This document shows positions 8,691 through 19,835 of a stretch of 64,000 nucleotides of DNA, one piece after another. The stretch spans positions 21,364 to 85,363 of the forward strand of contig JAKSKP010000001.1 of NCBI GenBank assembly GCA_024401635.1. Direction: 5' to 3'. The stretch comes from Bacteroidales bacterium. GTDB lineage: Bacteria > Bacteroidota > Bacteroidia > Bacteroidales > UBA932. The notes under the pieces are model-generated. The model was not told the DNA's origin. It did not search any database and was given only the letters and a program-made list of their open reading frames with translations. The number at the start of each line of letters is the position of its first letter. Position 1 is the stretch's first letter. The position numbers and the translations under genes were made by a program.

Positions 8691-10091
8691 ATGAAGAGGC
8701 TCAACATACTTTTTGCGGCCGTGGCAATGTTCGCCACGGCTGTTTGTGCTCTTGCAGCGGAGAGCACGGACGCCGGAGCCGATGCTGCGGCGCCCAGGAA
8801 AAAGACAAAATCCGAGATCGTGGACCATCTGAAGAACAACTACAGGTTCTACGGTTTCATCCGCACCTATATGCCTTTCGACACCCACGAGAGCTATGCC
8901 GGCTCCGGCGATCTGTTCTACTGGATACCCAAGGACAGGGAGCTGAACGATCGTGGAGAGGATGTCAATGAACGCGCATCCTTCCGTATGCTTTCGCTCA
9001 CTTCCCGTCTGGGAGTGGACGTTTCAGGCTACTGGATAGGTGACAACGAATTCGGAGGCAAAGTTGAGGCAGACTTCTATGCCGGACTTTCCGGTTCGAC
9101 GGGCGTGGCCCAGCTGCGTCTGCGTCAGGCTTACGTCACTGTCAACTGGCTCAACCCCGAGGATACGCGCTATTCCATCAATTTCAAGGGCGGGCAGGCC
9201 TGGCATCCTATGGCCGCTGACCTCCCCGACGTGCTTGCGCTGGATACCGGTATGCCTTTCGGCCCCTTCAGCCGCACCCCGCAGCTGACCACCGACTTCA
9301 ACTTCGGCAAGAAATTCTCGGTGACAGTTTCAGCAATCTGGCAGATGCAGTACACCTCAATGGGTCCTTCAGCGTTCGATGCCAAGACCGGCAGACCCAC
9401 GGCGGCCGCATCTTCAGCCGATTACATCAAATACGGCATTGTTCCCGAGTTCTACCTCGGACTTTCTTACCGTTCCGGAGGCTTCCTGGGGCGCATAGGC
9501 GCTGACGTAACCTCCATCAGGCCCCGCGGTACGGCGACTGTAGGCGGTACTAAAGTCAAGGTAAAGGATAGATCCACTTCTGTTCTGGCCTTCATGTATC
9601 TCCAGTACACCAAGAATCTCTTCAAGTTCAAGGCTAAGACCACTTACGGCGGAGCCGGCGAGCACCTCAACCTTATGAGCGGCTATGCTGTGTCTTCTAT
9701 TTCTTCGGACAACAGCCTGTGGGAATACACTCCTATCCGCACGTCAAGTACATGGATGACACTTGCTTACGGAAAGAAACTACAGGGGTCGCTGCTCCTG
9801 GGCTATGTCAAGAACTTCGGCACGGCCAAGGACATCGTTGCGAACGCCGCCGGCAAGGGTGACGGGAACTGCATCTTCTTCCAGAAGAACGGTTCGGCCA
9901 ACATCAATCAGATGTATCGCATCGAACCCGGCATCGCATACAACGTGGGCCGTTTCACGGTTGGCCTCGAATATATGCTGACAGCCGTTCAGTACGGCGA
10001 CAAAGAATATGACCTCAGAGCGATGACCACCGGTGGACTTCACTGGGTGGCAAATCATCGTGTAGAGGGTATGGTAAGATTCACATTCTAA
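8691..10091 (+). CDS. DcaP-like outer-membrane porin
   Basis: Signal peptide, FYGFIR, TSRLG, KVEADF, LRLRQAY, GQAWHP, terminal RFTF beta-signal. Confidence 0.75.
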   Translation: MKRLNILFAAVAMFATAVCALAAESTDAGADAAAPRKKTKSEIVDHLKNNYRFYGFIRTYMPFDTHESYAGSGDLFYWIPKDRELNDRGEDVNERASFRMLSLTSRLGVDVSGYWIGDNEFGGKVEADFYAGLSGSTGVAQLRLRQAYVTVNWLNPEDTRYSINFKGGQAWHPMAADLPDVLALDTGMPFGPFSRTPQLTTDFNFGKKFSVTVSAIWQMQYTSMGPSAFDAKTGRPTAAASSADYIKYGIVPEFYLGLSYRSGGFLGRIGADVTSIRPRGTATVGGTKVKVKDRSTSVLAFMYLQYTKNLFKFKAKTTYGGAGEHLNLMSGYAVSSISSDNSLWEYTPIRTSSTWMTLAYGKKLQGSLLLGYVKNFGTAKDIVANAAGKGDGNCIFFQKNGSANINQMYRIEPGIAYNVGRFTVGLEYMLTAVQYGDKEYDLRAMTTGGLHWVANHRVEGMVRFTF

Positions 10092-10102
10092 TAATTTGAG
10101 AT

Positions 10103-10816
10103 ATGAAAAGAACAGTTTTATCTGTCATTTGTCTTATGTATGGCCTTGTCGCCGCAGCCCAGTCTGTAGACGGTTTCGAACTTGGCTCATACTATTCACA
10201 TTCACAGATATTGTCCAGCCTGCGTCATGCACGTACGGTCAGCGCTGACAATGGTTATCAGATTTTCATCAGCGGCAACAGTTCGCTGAGCTTCGATTTC
10301 ACGGGAGCCTACGAGAGCAATGACGGCCGTTTCGCCGATGCAGACATCTGCGATGCAAACCACGTCATCGAGTTCCCCTTCGGCCAGTTCAGGGTAGGTG
10401 ACAGCCTTGTATCCCTGCTTCAGAAAAGGGCGGGCTTCACATTCTCCGGCTATGACGCGAACGTATGCCAGATTTCCTATACGGTCAAAGGCAACAGAAC
10501 TTCAGTCCTCCTGCAGTTCGGCGCCGGTCAGATAATCACCGAGATCTCCGGCTTTGTTGCCGAGAAAGTGAAGAAGGAGAAAGCCGACACTCCCAGGAGC
10601 GGTTTCTACAATGCAGTAACCGAGATTGACGTCAACGGCAATGCCCTCAGTGCCGGCAATTCCATTGCCAAACTCCTCGAACTGGGCCTCGACGTGGATT
10701 TCACCGGTCTTGGCAACGGTCTCTGCAAGATTACTTTCAACGACGGAAAGGGTGAGAAGTCTTACCTTGTAAGGTATGGTATGGACCATATCATCAAGGA
10801 AATGCTTGCCCTGTAA
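10103..10816 (+). CDS. Exported hypothetical protein with an internal duplicated module
   Basis: Signal peptide ending AAAQ; two similar ~55-aa segments; 11- and 17-nt gaps to neighbours. Confidence 0.65.
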   Translation: MKRTVLSVICLMYGLVAAAQSVDGFELGSYYSHSQILSSLRHARTVSADNGYQIFISGNSSLSFDFTGAYESNDGRFADADICDANHVIEFPFGQFRVGDSLVSLLQKRAGFTFSGYDANVCQISYTVKGNRTSVLLQFGAGQIITEISGFVAEKVKKEKADTPRSGFYNAVTEIDVNGNALSAGNSIAKLLELGLDVDFTGLGNGLCKITFNDGKGEKSYLVRYGMDHIIKEMLAL

Positions 10817-10833
10817 CTAAAAAGAAAAATACT

Positions 10834-11100
10834 ATGATAAAACCTTTAGCGGACAGAGTGGTCATCGAGCCCAAGGAGGCCGAGACCAAGACGGCATCGG
10901 GTCTCTACATTCCCGATACCGCAAAAGAGAAACCCCAGCAGGGAAAAATCGTGGCGGCAGGGCCCGGAAAGAAGGATGAGCCTATGGAAGTGAAAGTGGG
11001 CGACACCGTTCTCTACGGAAAATATGCCGGTACGGAAATCACCGTGGAGGGCAAGGATTACCTCATACTAAAACAGTCAGACATTCTGGCTATTCTTTAA
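10834..11100 (+). CDS. groES: Co-chaperonin GroES
   Basis: [28 protein letters not shown]. Confidence 0.97.
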   Translation: MIKPLADRVVIEPKEAETKTASGLYIPDTAKEKPQQGKIVAAGPGKKDEPMEVKVGDTVLYGKYAGTEITVEGKDYLILKQSDILAIL

Positions 11101-11110
11101 TTCAAACTGA

Positions 11111-12742
<1,632 letters not shown>

Positions 12743-12758
12743 CATTTTACCCTCACAA

Positions 12759-14360
12759 ATGATGAAAAGGATTATATGTATCGTTGCACTTGCGGTATTC
12801 GCCGCAGGTGCAACTTTGTATTCTCAGCAGAGATACGTGCTTACCCCCGAGGCCCCTTCAACGCCCCGCATAAACGGAGCCAGAGTATATGGAGCGCGCC
12901 CCGGCGCCGATTTCCTCTACAAGATTCCCGCAACCGGAGTCCGTCCTATGCTCTTCAAGGCCGAGGGCCTTCCCGCAGGCCTGAAGCTGGACAAATACAC
13001 GGGCATCATTTCGGGCCGTGCCAAGAAGAAAGGCACTTATGTGGTGAAGCTTATGGCCTTCAATTCGGAAGGAAACTATGAGCGTGATTTCAAGATAGTC
13101 ATAGGCGACAGGATAGCTCTCACCCCTCCTATGGGCTGGAATTCCTGGAATTGCTGGGGCAACAGCGTTGACCAGGAAAAGGTGATGAGTTCGGCAAAGG
13201 GGATGCTTTCCAGAGGGCTTGACCAGTACGGCTGGTCCTACATCAACATAGATGACGGATGGCAAGGTACGCGCAGCGGCAAGGACAAGGCCATCGCCCC
13301 CAACAGGAAATTCCCCGATATGAAGGGACTCGGCGATTTCCTTCACGAAAACGGTCTGAAATTCGGCATCTATTCAGGTCCCTGGATGGGAACCTATGCC
13401 GGCCATATAGGCGAGGGCTGCGACAATGAGGATGGAAGCTACTGGTGGATAGACAAAGGTCTGGTCGATGACGTATACAAGCTCGACCGTTCCCGCGCTC
13501 CCCGCGACACCGTGCGTTTCTTCGGCAAATACTCCTTTGCCGACGTGGATGCAAAGCAGTGGGCCGAATGGGGCGTGGACTATCTGAAATATGACTGGTA
13601 CCCCAATGACATGTACTATATGAAGCAGATGCGCGAGGCTCTTCTCGCCACCGGCCGCGACATTGTGTACAGCATTTCCAACACGGCTCCTGTGGCTGTG
13701 GGCGCCTCCCTTATGGAGTATGCCGAGTGCTGGAGGACCACCGGTGACATACGCGACAACTGGAAAAGCATCTCCGGCATAGGTTTCGGCGGTCAGGACA
13801 TCTGGAGCGGCTTCTGCCGTCCCGGCAACTGGCCCGATGCCGATATGCTGGTGGTAGGCAGGGTAGGATGGGGCCCCACCACACACGAGGCCAACCTCAC
13901 CCCTGACGAGCAGTATACCCACATTTCATTGTGGGCCCTGTTCTCCTCACCTATGCTCATAGGCTGCGATATGGCCGAAATGGACGATTTTACCTTCGGC
14001 CTGCTGTGCAACAGCGAGGTGATAGACATCAATCAGGATGAACTGGGCATACACGCCGTCCGCATCGAAGGCGGTATGGACGCAGGATATGCCGTTTATC
14101 TGAAGCCTCTTTATGACGGCAAACTGGCCGTGGGCCTGTTCAATCTCGGTGACGAACCCAGGAAGATGGGCTTCTCACCCTACAGCCTGAACATAATGGA
14201 GGGCCAGACGATACACGACGTATGGCGTCAGAAGGATGTTGCTGTCGTGGGACCTGATGACAAATGGGAAACGGAAGTTGCACCTCACGGAGTCGTGCTT
14301 GTCACTTTGGCTCCCGGCTACTTCAACGGTCCCAGGCCTGGTTTCAGGTGGAAGAAATAA
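12759..14360 (+). CDS. GH27 alpha-galactosidase family glycosidase with N-terminal Ig-like domain
   Basis: Signal peptide; TPPMGWNSWN, NIDDGWQ, DYLKYDW, WRTTGDI, PDADMLVVG. Confidence 0.88.
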   Translation: MMKRIICIVALAVFAAGATLYSQQRYVLTPEAPSTPRINGARVYGARPGADFLYKIPATGVRPMLFKAEGLPAGLKLDKYTGIISGRAKKKGTYVVKLMAFNSEGNYERDFKIVIGDRIALTPPMGWNSWNCWGNSVDQEKVMSSAKGMLSRGLDQYGWSYINIDDGWQGTRSGKDKAIAPNRKFPDMKGLGDFLHENGLKFGIYSGPWMGTYAGHIGEGCDNEDGSYWWIDKGLVDDVYKLDRSRAPRDTVRFFGKYSFADVDAKQWAEWGVDYLKYDWYPNDMYYMKQMREALLATGRDIVYSISNTAPVAVGASLMEYAECWRTTGDIRDNWKSISGIGFGGQDIWSGFCRPGNWPDADMLVVGRVGWGPTTHEANLTPDEQYTHISLWALFSSPMLIGCDMAEMDDFTFGLLCNSEVIDINQDELGIHAVRIEGGMDAGYAVYLKPLYDGKLAVGLFNLGDEPRKMGFSPYSLNIMEGQTIHDVWRQKDVAVVGPDDKWETEVAPHGVVLVTLAPGYFNGPRPGFRWKK

Positions 14361-15047
14361 TCAGCGGCGGCGTCCGTCTGCTATACTGATATAGTACAAC
14401 AGGGTGGCGAGAGATCCCAGGGCGGCTATCACGTAGGTGTAGGCGGCCCATTTGAGGGCATCTTTCGCCATCGGTTTTGTTTCAGCACCGACTATGCCGC
14501 TCTTGTCCAGCCACGCTATGGCCCTGGAGGATGCGTTTATCTCCACGGGCAGGGTGATGAAGCTGAAAAGCGTGGTCATCGCGAACAGGCCTATGCCTAT
14601 CCACAGCAGGGTGGGGAAGGTCTGAACCAAAAGAACGCCCGCGATGAGTACCCAGCTTACCACTTTCCCCGCGAAGGAGACTACGGGGACCAGCGCCGAC
14701 CTCATCTGCAGGGGGCCGTACTGCCAGGCGTGCTGCACGGCGTGTCCGCATTCGTGCGCGGCAACTGCCGCGGCCGCTATGCTGGCGTTGCCATAGACAG
14801 CATCGGAAAGGTTCAGGATCTTGGTCTGCGGGTTGTAGTGGTCCGTGAGTTTGCCCGGTATGTGCTCCACCTTCACGTTGTGTATGCCGAAGTCGTTCAG
14901 CATCTTGCGCGCCACCTCGGCTCCGGTGAGGCCTCCGGGGGTGCGAACCTGCGAGTATTTGTCGAAACGGGAGTTCAGTATGTTCTGGATAAGATAGCTT
15001 GCCACCATCACCAGGATGAGGATGAGCCAGATGAGATTGCTTGTCAT
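14361..15047 (-). CDS. YugP-like membrane zinc metallopeptidase
   Basis: LTDHYNP, AAHECGHAVQH (HExxH), TLPVEINASSRA. Confidence 0.88.
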   Translation of the reverse strand: MTSNLIWLILILVMVASYLIQNILNSRFDKYSQVRTPGGLTGAEVARKMLNDFGIHNVKVEHIPGKLTDHYNPQTKILNLSDAVYGNASIAAAAVAAHECGHAVQHAWQYGPLQMRSALVPVVSFAGKVVSWVLIAGVLLVQTFPTLLWIGIGLFAMTTLFSFITLPVEINASSRAIAWLDKSGIVGAETKPMAKDALKWAAYTYVIAALGSLATLLYYISIADGRRR

Positions 15048-15100
15048 AGTCGTTCAATTTGAATGCAAATTTGGCAATTATTTGTTAACTTTGCAAAGAT

Positions 15101-16222
15101 ATGGTTTTGAGTATGCACAAGGTAGATGACTTTTCACGTCTTGAGATAAATCTGGGAGCCTGCCGTAACAATTACCGCTATTACAGGTCACTTCTGAAAC
15201 ATTCCACCAAACTTCTGGTCCTGATGAAGGCCAACGCCTACGGCCACGGAGCTGTGGAGTTCGCCAAGGTACTGGAGGCCGAAGGCGCCGATTATCTGGC
15301 CGTTGCCTATCCTGTGGAAGGACTTGAGCTGCGCAATGCCGGGGTCCACCTTCCGATACTGGTGCTGAGCGGCGGTACTGATTACTTCAACGAGATGATT
15401 GACTTCCGTCTCGAGCCAGCCGTGCCCAATATGTACACGCTCAAGATACTTATCGACGTGCTGCGCAAGAGAGGCGTCGACCATTATCCCATACACATAA
15501 AACTCGACACGGGTATGCACAGGCTGGGATTCATGAGCTCTGAGATAGATGAACTCGTGCAGTTCCTTCCCAATTGCCCCGAGGTGATGGTCAAGAGCAT
15601 CTATTCACATCTTGCGACGGCTGACGATCCAAGCCTTGACGAGTTCACGCTGGCCCAGATAGAGATGTTCCGCCGCAATGCCCCGCGCATCAGCGAGGCC
15701 CTGGGCTACAAGCCTATGTACCACATACTCAATTCGGCTGGCATAGAACGCTTCAGCCAGTATCAGTTCGATATGGTCCGCCTGGGAATCGGCATATACG
15801 GCTTGAGCCCTTTCTCTGCCGATAAATTGCAGCCTGCCGCATCGTTCAAGTGCAAGATACTGCAGATCAAGACATTGAAGAAAGGTGACGGCGCCATAGG
15901 CTATAGCCGTAACGGAAAGATAGCAAAGGAAGGCACTGTGATTGCCACCATACCCGTGGGATATGCCGACGGCATAGACAGGCGTCTGGGCAACGGCAAT
16001 TTCAGCTTCATGCTGAACGGACAGCCGGTACCTACCATAGGAAACATCTGTATGGATATGTGTATGCTGGACATAACCGGTGTCCAGGCCAAGGTAGGGG
16101 ATACCGTTACCATTTTCGGTACCGATCCCTCCGCGGCGCATATGGCAGAGGTCCTCGGCACCATTCCCTACGAAATATTCACGTCCGTCCCCCGCAGGAT
16201 AGAGCGTGTCGTGGTGAAATGA
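15101..16222 (+). CDS. alr: Alanine racemase
   Basis: KANAYGHG (PLP Lys), HIKLDTGMHRLG, PVGYADG, ICMDM, TIPYE; start may be ATG 15113. Confidence 0.93.
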   Translation: MVLSMHKVDDFSRLEINLGACRNNYRYYRSLLKHSTKLLVLMKANAYGHGAVEFAKVLEAEGADYLAVAYPVEGLELRNAGVHLPILVLSGGTDYFNEMIDFRLEPAVPNMYTLKILIDVLRKRGVDHYPIHIKLDTGMHRLGFMSSEIDELVQFLPNCPEVMVKSIYSHLATADDPSLDEFTLAQIEMFRRNAPRISEALGYKPMYHILNSAGIERFSQYQFDMVRLGIGIYGLSPFSADKLQPAASFKCKILQIKTLKKGDGAIGYSRNGKIAKEGTVIATIPVGYADGIDRRLGNGNFSFMLNGQPVPTIGNICMDMCMLDITGVQAKVGDTVTIFGTDPSAAHMAEVLGTIPYEIFTSVPRRIERVVVK

Positions 16223-16250
16223 GACTGCATACGGTAAATTGCAATTGAAT

Positions 16251-17426
16251 ATGGCACACAGTGAATTCGATGAGTTGATACCGCGCAAGGGAAGCGGGTG
16301 CGTGAAATACGACAGGATTCCTGACGGCCTGATTCCCCTGTGGGTGGCCGATATGGATTTCAGGACTCCCGATTTCATACTGGATGCCATCAGGCACCGC
16401 CTGGAATGTCCCGTGTTGGGATATCCCTTCATTCCCGACTGCTATTTCAGGATTGTGTCCTCCTGGGTCAGAAAGTTGCACGGCTGGGCAGTGCGTCCGG
16501 AATGGATGTGCTACGTGCCCGGCATCGTGAAAGGCATAGGCCTTGTCCAATGCAGTCTTCTGCATAAGGGAGAGAAGGTCATAATACAGCCGCCCGTGTA
16601 TCATCCTTTCCGCATCGTATCCGAGAAAAATGGAATGCAGGTGCTCAGGAACCCGCTTGTTCCCGTATATGAGGATGGAAGGCTCGTAAGTTACGAAATG
16701 GATTTCGACGGACTGTCCCGCTGCATAGATGAAGGGGGCAAGGTGCTTATTCTGTCCAATCCTCAGAATCCCTCCGGAATATGCTGGCCGCGCAGGACTC
16801 TTGAACGGCTCGCCGAAATTACAGCCGGAAGGGGAGTCCTTGTGATATCGGACGAAATACACGCCGAGATGGCCCACAAAGGCTATGTGCACACTCCATA
16901 CGCGAGCGTCAGCGAGGCGGCCGCCTCCAACAGCATCACCTTCATGGCTCCGTCCAAGACTTTCAACATTGCCGGTGTGGTGTCTTCCTACGCCATTGTG
17001 CCCAATCCGGAGCTCAGGGAACGCTTCTTCTCCTTTATGGATGCCAACGAACTGGACGCCCCTTCCATATTCTCCATTGAGACTTCTATGGCGGCGTACA
17101 GACACGGAGCCGCCTGGCGCCGCAGGATGCTCTCCTATGTCGAGGGAAACATAAAGTACGTCGACGGATACCTGCGCCGGAACATTCCTCGGATAAAGGC
17201 TATGCTTCCCCAGTCTTCTTTCCTTATGTGGCTCGACTGCAGGGAACTGGGCCTGGACCAGAAGAAACTGATGAGGCTGCTTGAGAAGAAGGCGGGCCTC
17301 TACCTTAATGACGGGTCGATGTTCGGCGAGGAGGGAACCGGTTTCGTGCGTCTCAACGTAGGATGTCCGCGCAGTGTCCTGGTGAATGCGATGGCAAGGC
17401 TCAGGGATGCCTGCTCACGCATATAG
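16251..17426 (+). CDS. PatB/MalY family PLP-dependent C-S lyase
   Basis: PLWVADMDF, SDEIH, APSKTFNIAG, FVRLNVGCPRS. Confidence 0.9.
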   Translation: MAHSEFDELIPRKGSGCVKYDRIPDGLIPLWVADMDFRTPDFILDAIRHRLECPVLGYPFIPDCYFRIVSSWVRKLHGWAVRPEWMCYVPGIVKGIGLVQCSLLHKGEKVIIQPPVYHPFRIVSEKNGMQVLRNPLVPVYEDGRLVSYEMDFDGLSRCIDEGGKVLILSNPQNPSGICWPRRTLERLAEITAGRGVLVISDEIHAEMAHKGYVHTPYASVSEAAASNSITFMAPSKTFNIAGVVSSYAIVPNPELRERFFSFMDANELDAPSIFSIETSMAAYRHGAAWRRRMLSYVEGNIKYVDGYLRRNIPRIKAMLPQSSFLMWLDCRELGLDQKKLMRLLEKKAGLYLNDGSMFGEEGTGFVRLNVGCPRSVLVNAMARLRDACSRI

Positions 17427-17454
17427 AATATTGATAACAGCAAATTGACATACA

Positions 17455-19320
17455 ATGAGCAATAACAGGTCGATATCAGGCGAACTCAGCCACAAGATAA
17501 TAATTGCCATAGCAATACTTGTACTCGGAGGCATTTTCGGAATCATCGAGTTCTCCGGCAGGGTTGTGATGGCATCCGTGCGCAAGAATGCGCAGAGTTC
17601 CCTTAATACGTACATAAGGGACATCGAAGGCATGCTGGGCGAGATAGAGACTATGAACTCCTTCGTTTCGTGGCAGGTGGCCGACCACATCGACGATCCT
17701 TCCTACATCAGCGTTGTCAATGAAAAACTGATGGACTACGGCGATATGGTTGCAGGCATCACCATAGCCTTTGTCGAAGATTTCTATCCCTCCAAGGGGA
17801 AATATTACGCAGTGCGCAGTTTCAGGTACGGTGAACAGAGGGTGAGCAACGTCGTGAACGATTATGCCTCCGAGGAATGGTATACCAGGGCGTTGGACAA
17901 GGGCGAGGGTGTGTGGAGCGAGCCTTATGCCTCCGTGGATGCAGGTATGGTCACAACATATTCCGCTCCTCTGCGTAACGCAGATGGCACTCCTTATGCC
18001 GTTCTGGCCATTGACGTGTCCCTCCCCGGCATTACGGCAAGGCTTTCAAGGGAACATTTCTACGAAGGTTCCTATTCGGTGATACTCAGCTCCGGTGGCG
18101 CCATACTGAGCCACCCGGACGAGAATCTGCTGCTCAGCGGCGTCGTGGCCTACTCAAAGACCAAAAATGATAAGAAATTCGAAGAGCTCGCCACGTCAAT
18201 GATTGCCGGGCAGACCGGAATAGGGGAGGTCCGCTCGGAAAGGGCAGCGGCCATATACGGCCCTGTCGGCAACGGGTGGTCAGCCGCTCTGATATGCCCT
18301 GCGGAGACGATTTTCGGCGCTACCCTGAAATTCCAGCTTTTCCTCCTGCTCATAGCTATCGCAGACCTCATAGTCCTGTATTTCGCGACGCGTGTCATAA
18401 TCAGCCGCACACTGCTTCCCATAACGGAAATAACCTATCTTGCCAAGAACGTGGCGAAGGGCAATTTCAAGGCTGAGATACCCAAGGCCGAGGGCACCAA
18501 TGAGATGTTCCACCTCCACGAGGCATTGAGGAATATGCTCAAATCCATCAACGACTATATTGCGCAGTTGCGCTCGACAACAGCGGTGAACGAACGTTTC
18601 GAGAGTGAGCTTGCCATCGCCAGCAACATACAGCAGCAGATGCTGAGGACCGATTTCATCAACGACGAGGAAGTGGACATATATGCCACCCTGAAGCCGG
18701 CCAAGGAAGTCGGCGGCGATATGTATGATTTCCTGCGTGCCGGCAGGTCCATATATTTTGCTGTCGGAGACGTTTCCGGCAAAGGTGTGCCCGCAGCCCT
18801 GTATATGGCCATATCCCGTTCACTTTTCCACTATGTGTCGGAACTTTCGCTCAGCACCAGCAACATAGTTTCCTGCATCAACAGTTCGTTCTGCTCCGGA
18901 AATGACAGCAATATGTTCATCACTATGTTCGTGGGACGTCTGGATCTGGACACGCGCGAACTCGTGTTCTGCAATGCCGGCCACAACCCCATCATAATCA
19001 TCTCTCCCGACGGCAAGGCACAATATATAAAGGCCAAGGCCAATCTGGCTGCAGGCGTATTCGATATGTATCCTTACGAGAAGGAGAGCATCATTGTGGA
19101 GAAGGGTTCCCGCCTGCTCATTTACACGGACGGCGTCACGGAAGCCGAAGATGCCGCCAAGAATCAGTACGGCGAAGACAGGCTGATACAGTTCGCCACA
19201 AGTATGAGCCCGGACTGCTCTTCCGAGGAATTCGTGGAGAAACTTACCGAGTCCGTGAAGGCCTTCACCAATGGCAACGAACAGAATGACGACATTACCA
19301 TAATGTCAGTCAAAGTGTAG
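17455..19320 (+). CDS. Membrane sensor phosphatase (Cache-HAMP-SpoIIE/PP2C)
   Basis: Two TM segments around a Cache region (WYTRA..WSEPY); EVGGDMYDF, GDVSGKG, NAGHNP, YTDGVTEA, QNDDIT. Confidence 0.88.
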   Translation: MSNNRSISGELSHKIIIAIAILVLGGIFGIIEFSGRVVMASVRKNAQSSLNTYIRDIEGMLGEIETMNSFVSWQVADHIDDPSYISVVNEKLMDYGDMVAGITIAFVEDFYPSKGKYYAVRSFRYGEQRVSNVVNDYASEEWYTRALDKGEGVWSEPYASVDAGMVTTYSAPLRNADGTPYAVLAIDVSLPGITARLSREHFYEGSYSVILSSGGAILSHPDENLLLSGVVAYSKTKNDKKFEELATSMIAGQTGIGEVRSERAAAIYGPVGNGWSAALICPAETIFGATLKFQLFLLLIAIADLIVLYFATRVIISRTLLPITEITYLAKNVAKGNFKAEIPKAEGTNEMFHLHEALRNMLKSINDYIAQLRSTTAVNERFESELAIASNIQQQMLRTDFINDEEVDIYATLKPAKEVGGDMYDFLRAGRSIYFAVGDVSGKGVPAALYMAISRSLFHYVSELSLSTSNIVSCINSSFCSGNDSNMFITMFVGRLDLDTRELVFCNAGHNPIIIISPDGKAQYIKAKANLAAGVFDMYPYEKESIIVEKGSRLLIYTDGVTEAEDAAKNQYGEDRLIQFATSMSPDCSSEEFVEKLTESVKAFTNGNEQNDDITIMSVKV

Positions 19321-19344
19321 TGTAATGCTGCCTGGGGCGGATTG

Positions 19345-19830
19345 TCAGCCCTTGAACTCTTCGCTCTCGAGTATTTTCCTGACGTTCTTGGGGTCCACGT
19401 TTCCGTAGACCTTGCCGTCTATGGTCATAACCGGGGCAAGACCGCAGGCGCCCACGCAGCGCAGACAGTCCAATGAGAAGACGCCGTCCGGCGTGGTTTC
19501 CCCGACTTCGATGCCGAGCACTTTCTTCACCTCATCCAGTACCTTTTCCGAACCGCGCACATAGCAGGCGGTGCCGAGGCACACAGAGATGGGATGCTTG
19601 CCCTTGGGCTTTTCCGTGAAGAAGGCATAGAAACTTACGACACCGTTGACACGTGTCGCGGGTATCCCGAGGGTCCTGGCCACCAGAGCCTGAACATCCT
19701 TCGGAAGATAGCCGAAGGTGTTCTGGGTCTCGTGAAGTATATTGATGAGTTCACCGGCGTCATTGTTGTGAGCCTGGCATATCTCCTTGATCTTTGCAAC
19801 TGCTGCGCAGGAAATGCTGTTTTTCTCCAT
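19345..19830 (-). CDS. Hydrogenase NuoE-like [2Fe-2S] subunit (HydC/HndA type)
   Basis: VCLGTACYVRG and CLRCVGACGLAP. Confidence 0.88.
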   Translation of the reverse strand: MEKNSISCAAVAKIKEICQAHNNDAGELINILHETQNTFGYLPKDVQALVARTLGIPATRVNGVVSFYAFFTEKPKGKHPISVCLGTACYVRGSEKVLDEVKKVLGIEVGETTPDGVFSLDCLRCVGACGLAPVMTIDGKVYGNVDPKNVRKILESEEFKG

Positions 19831-19835
19831 AGCGT

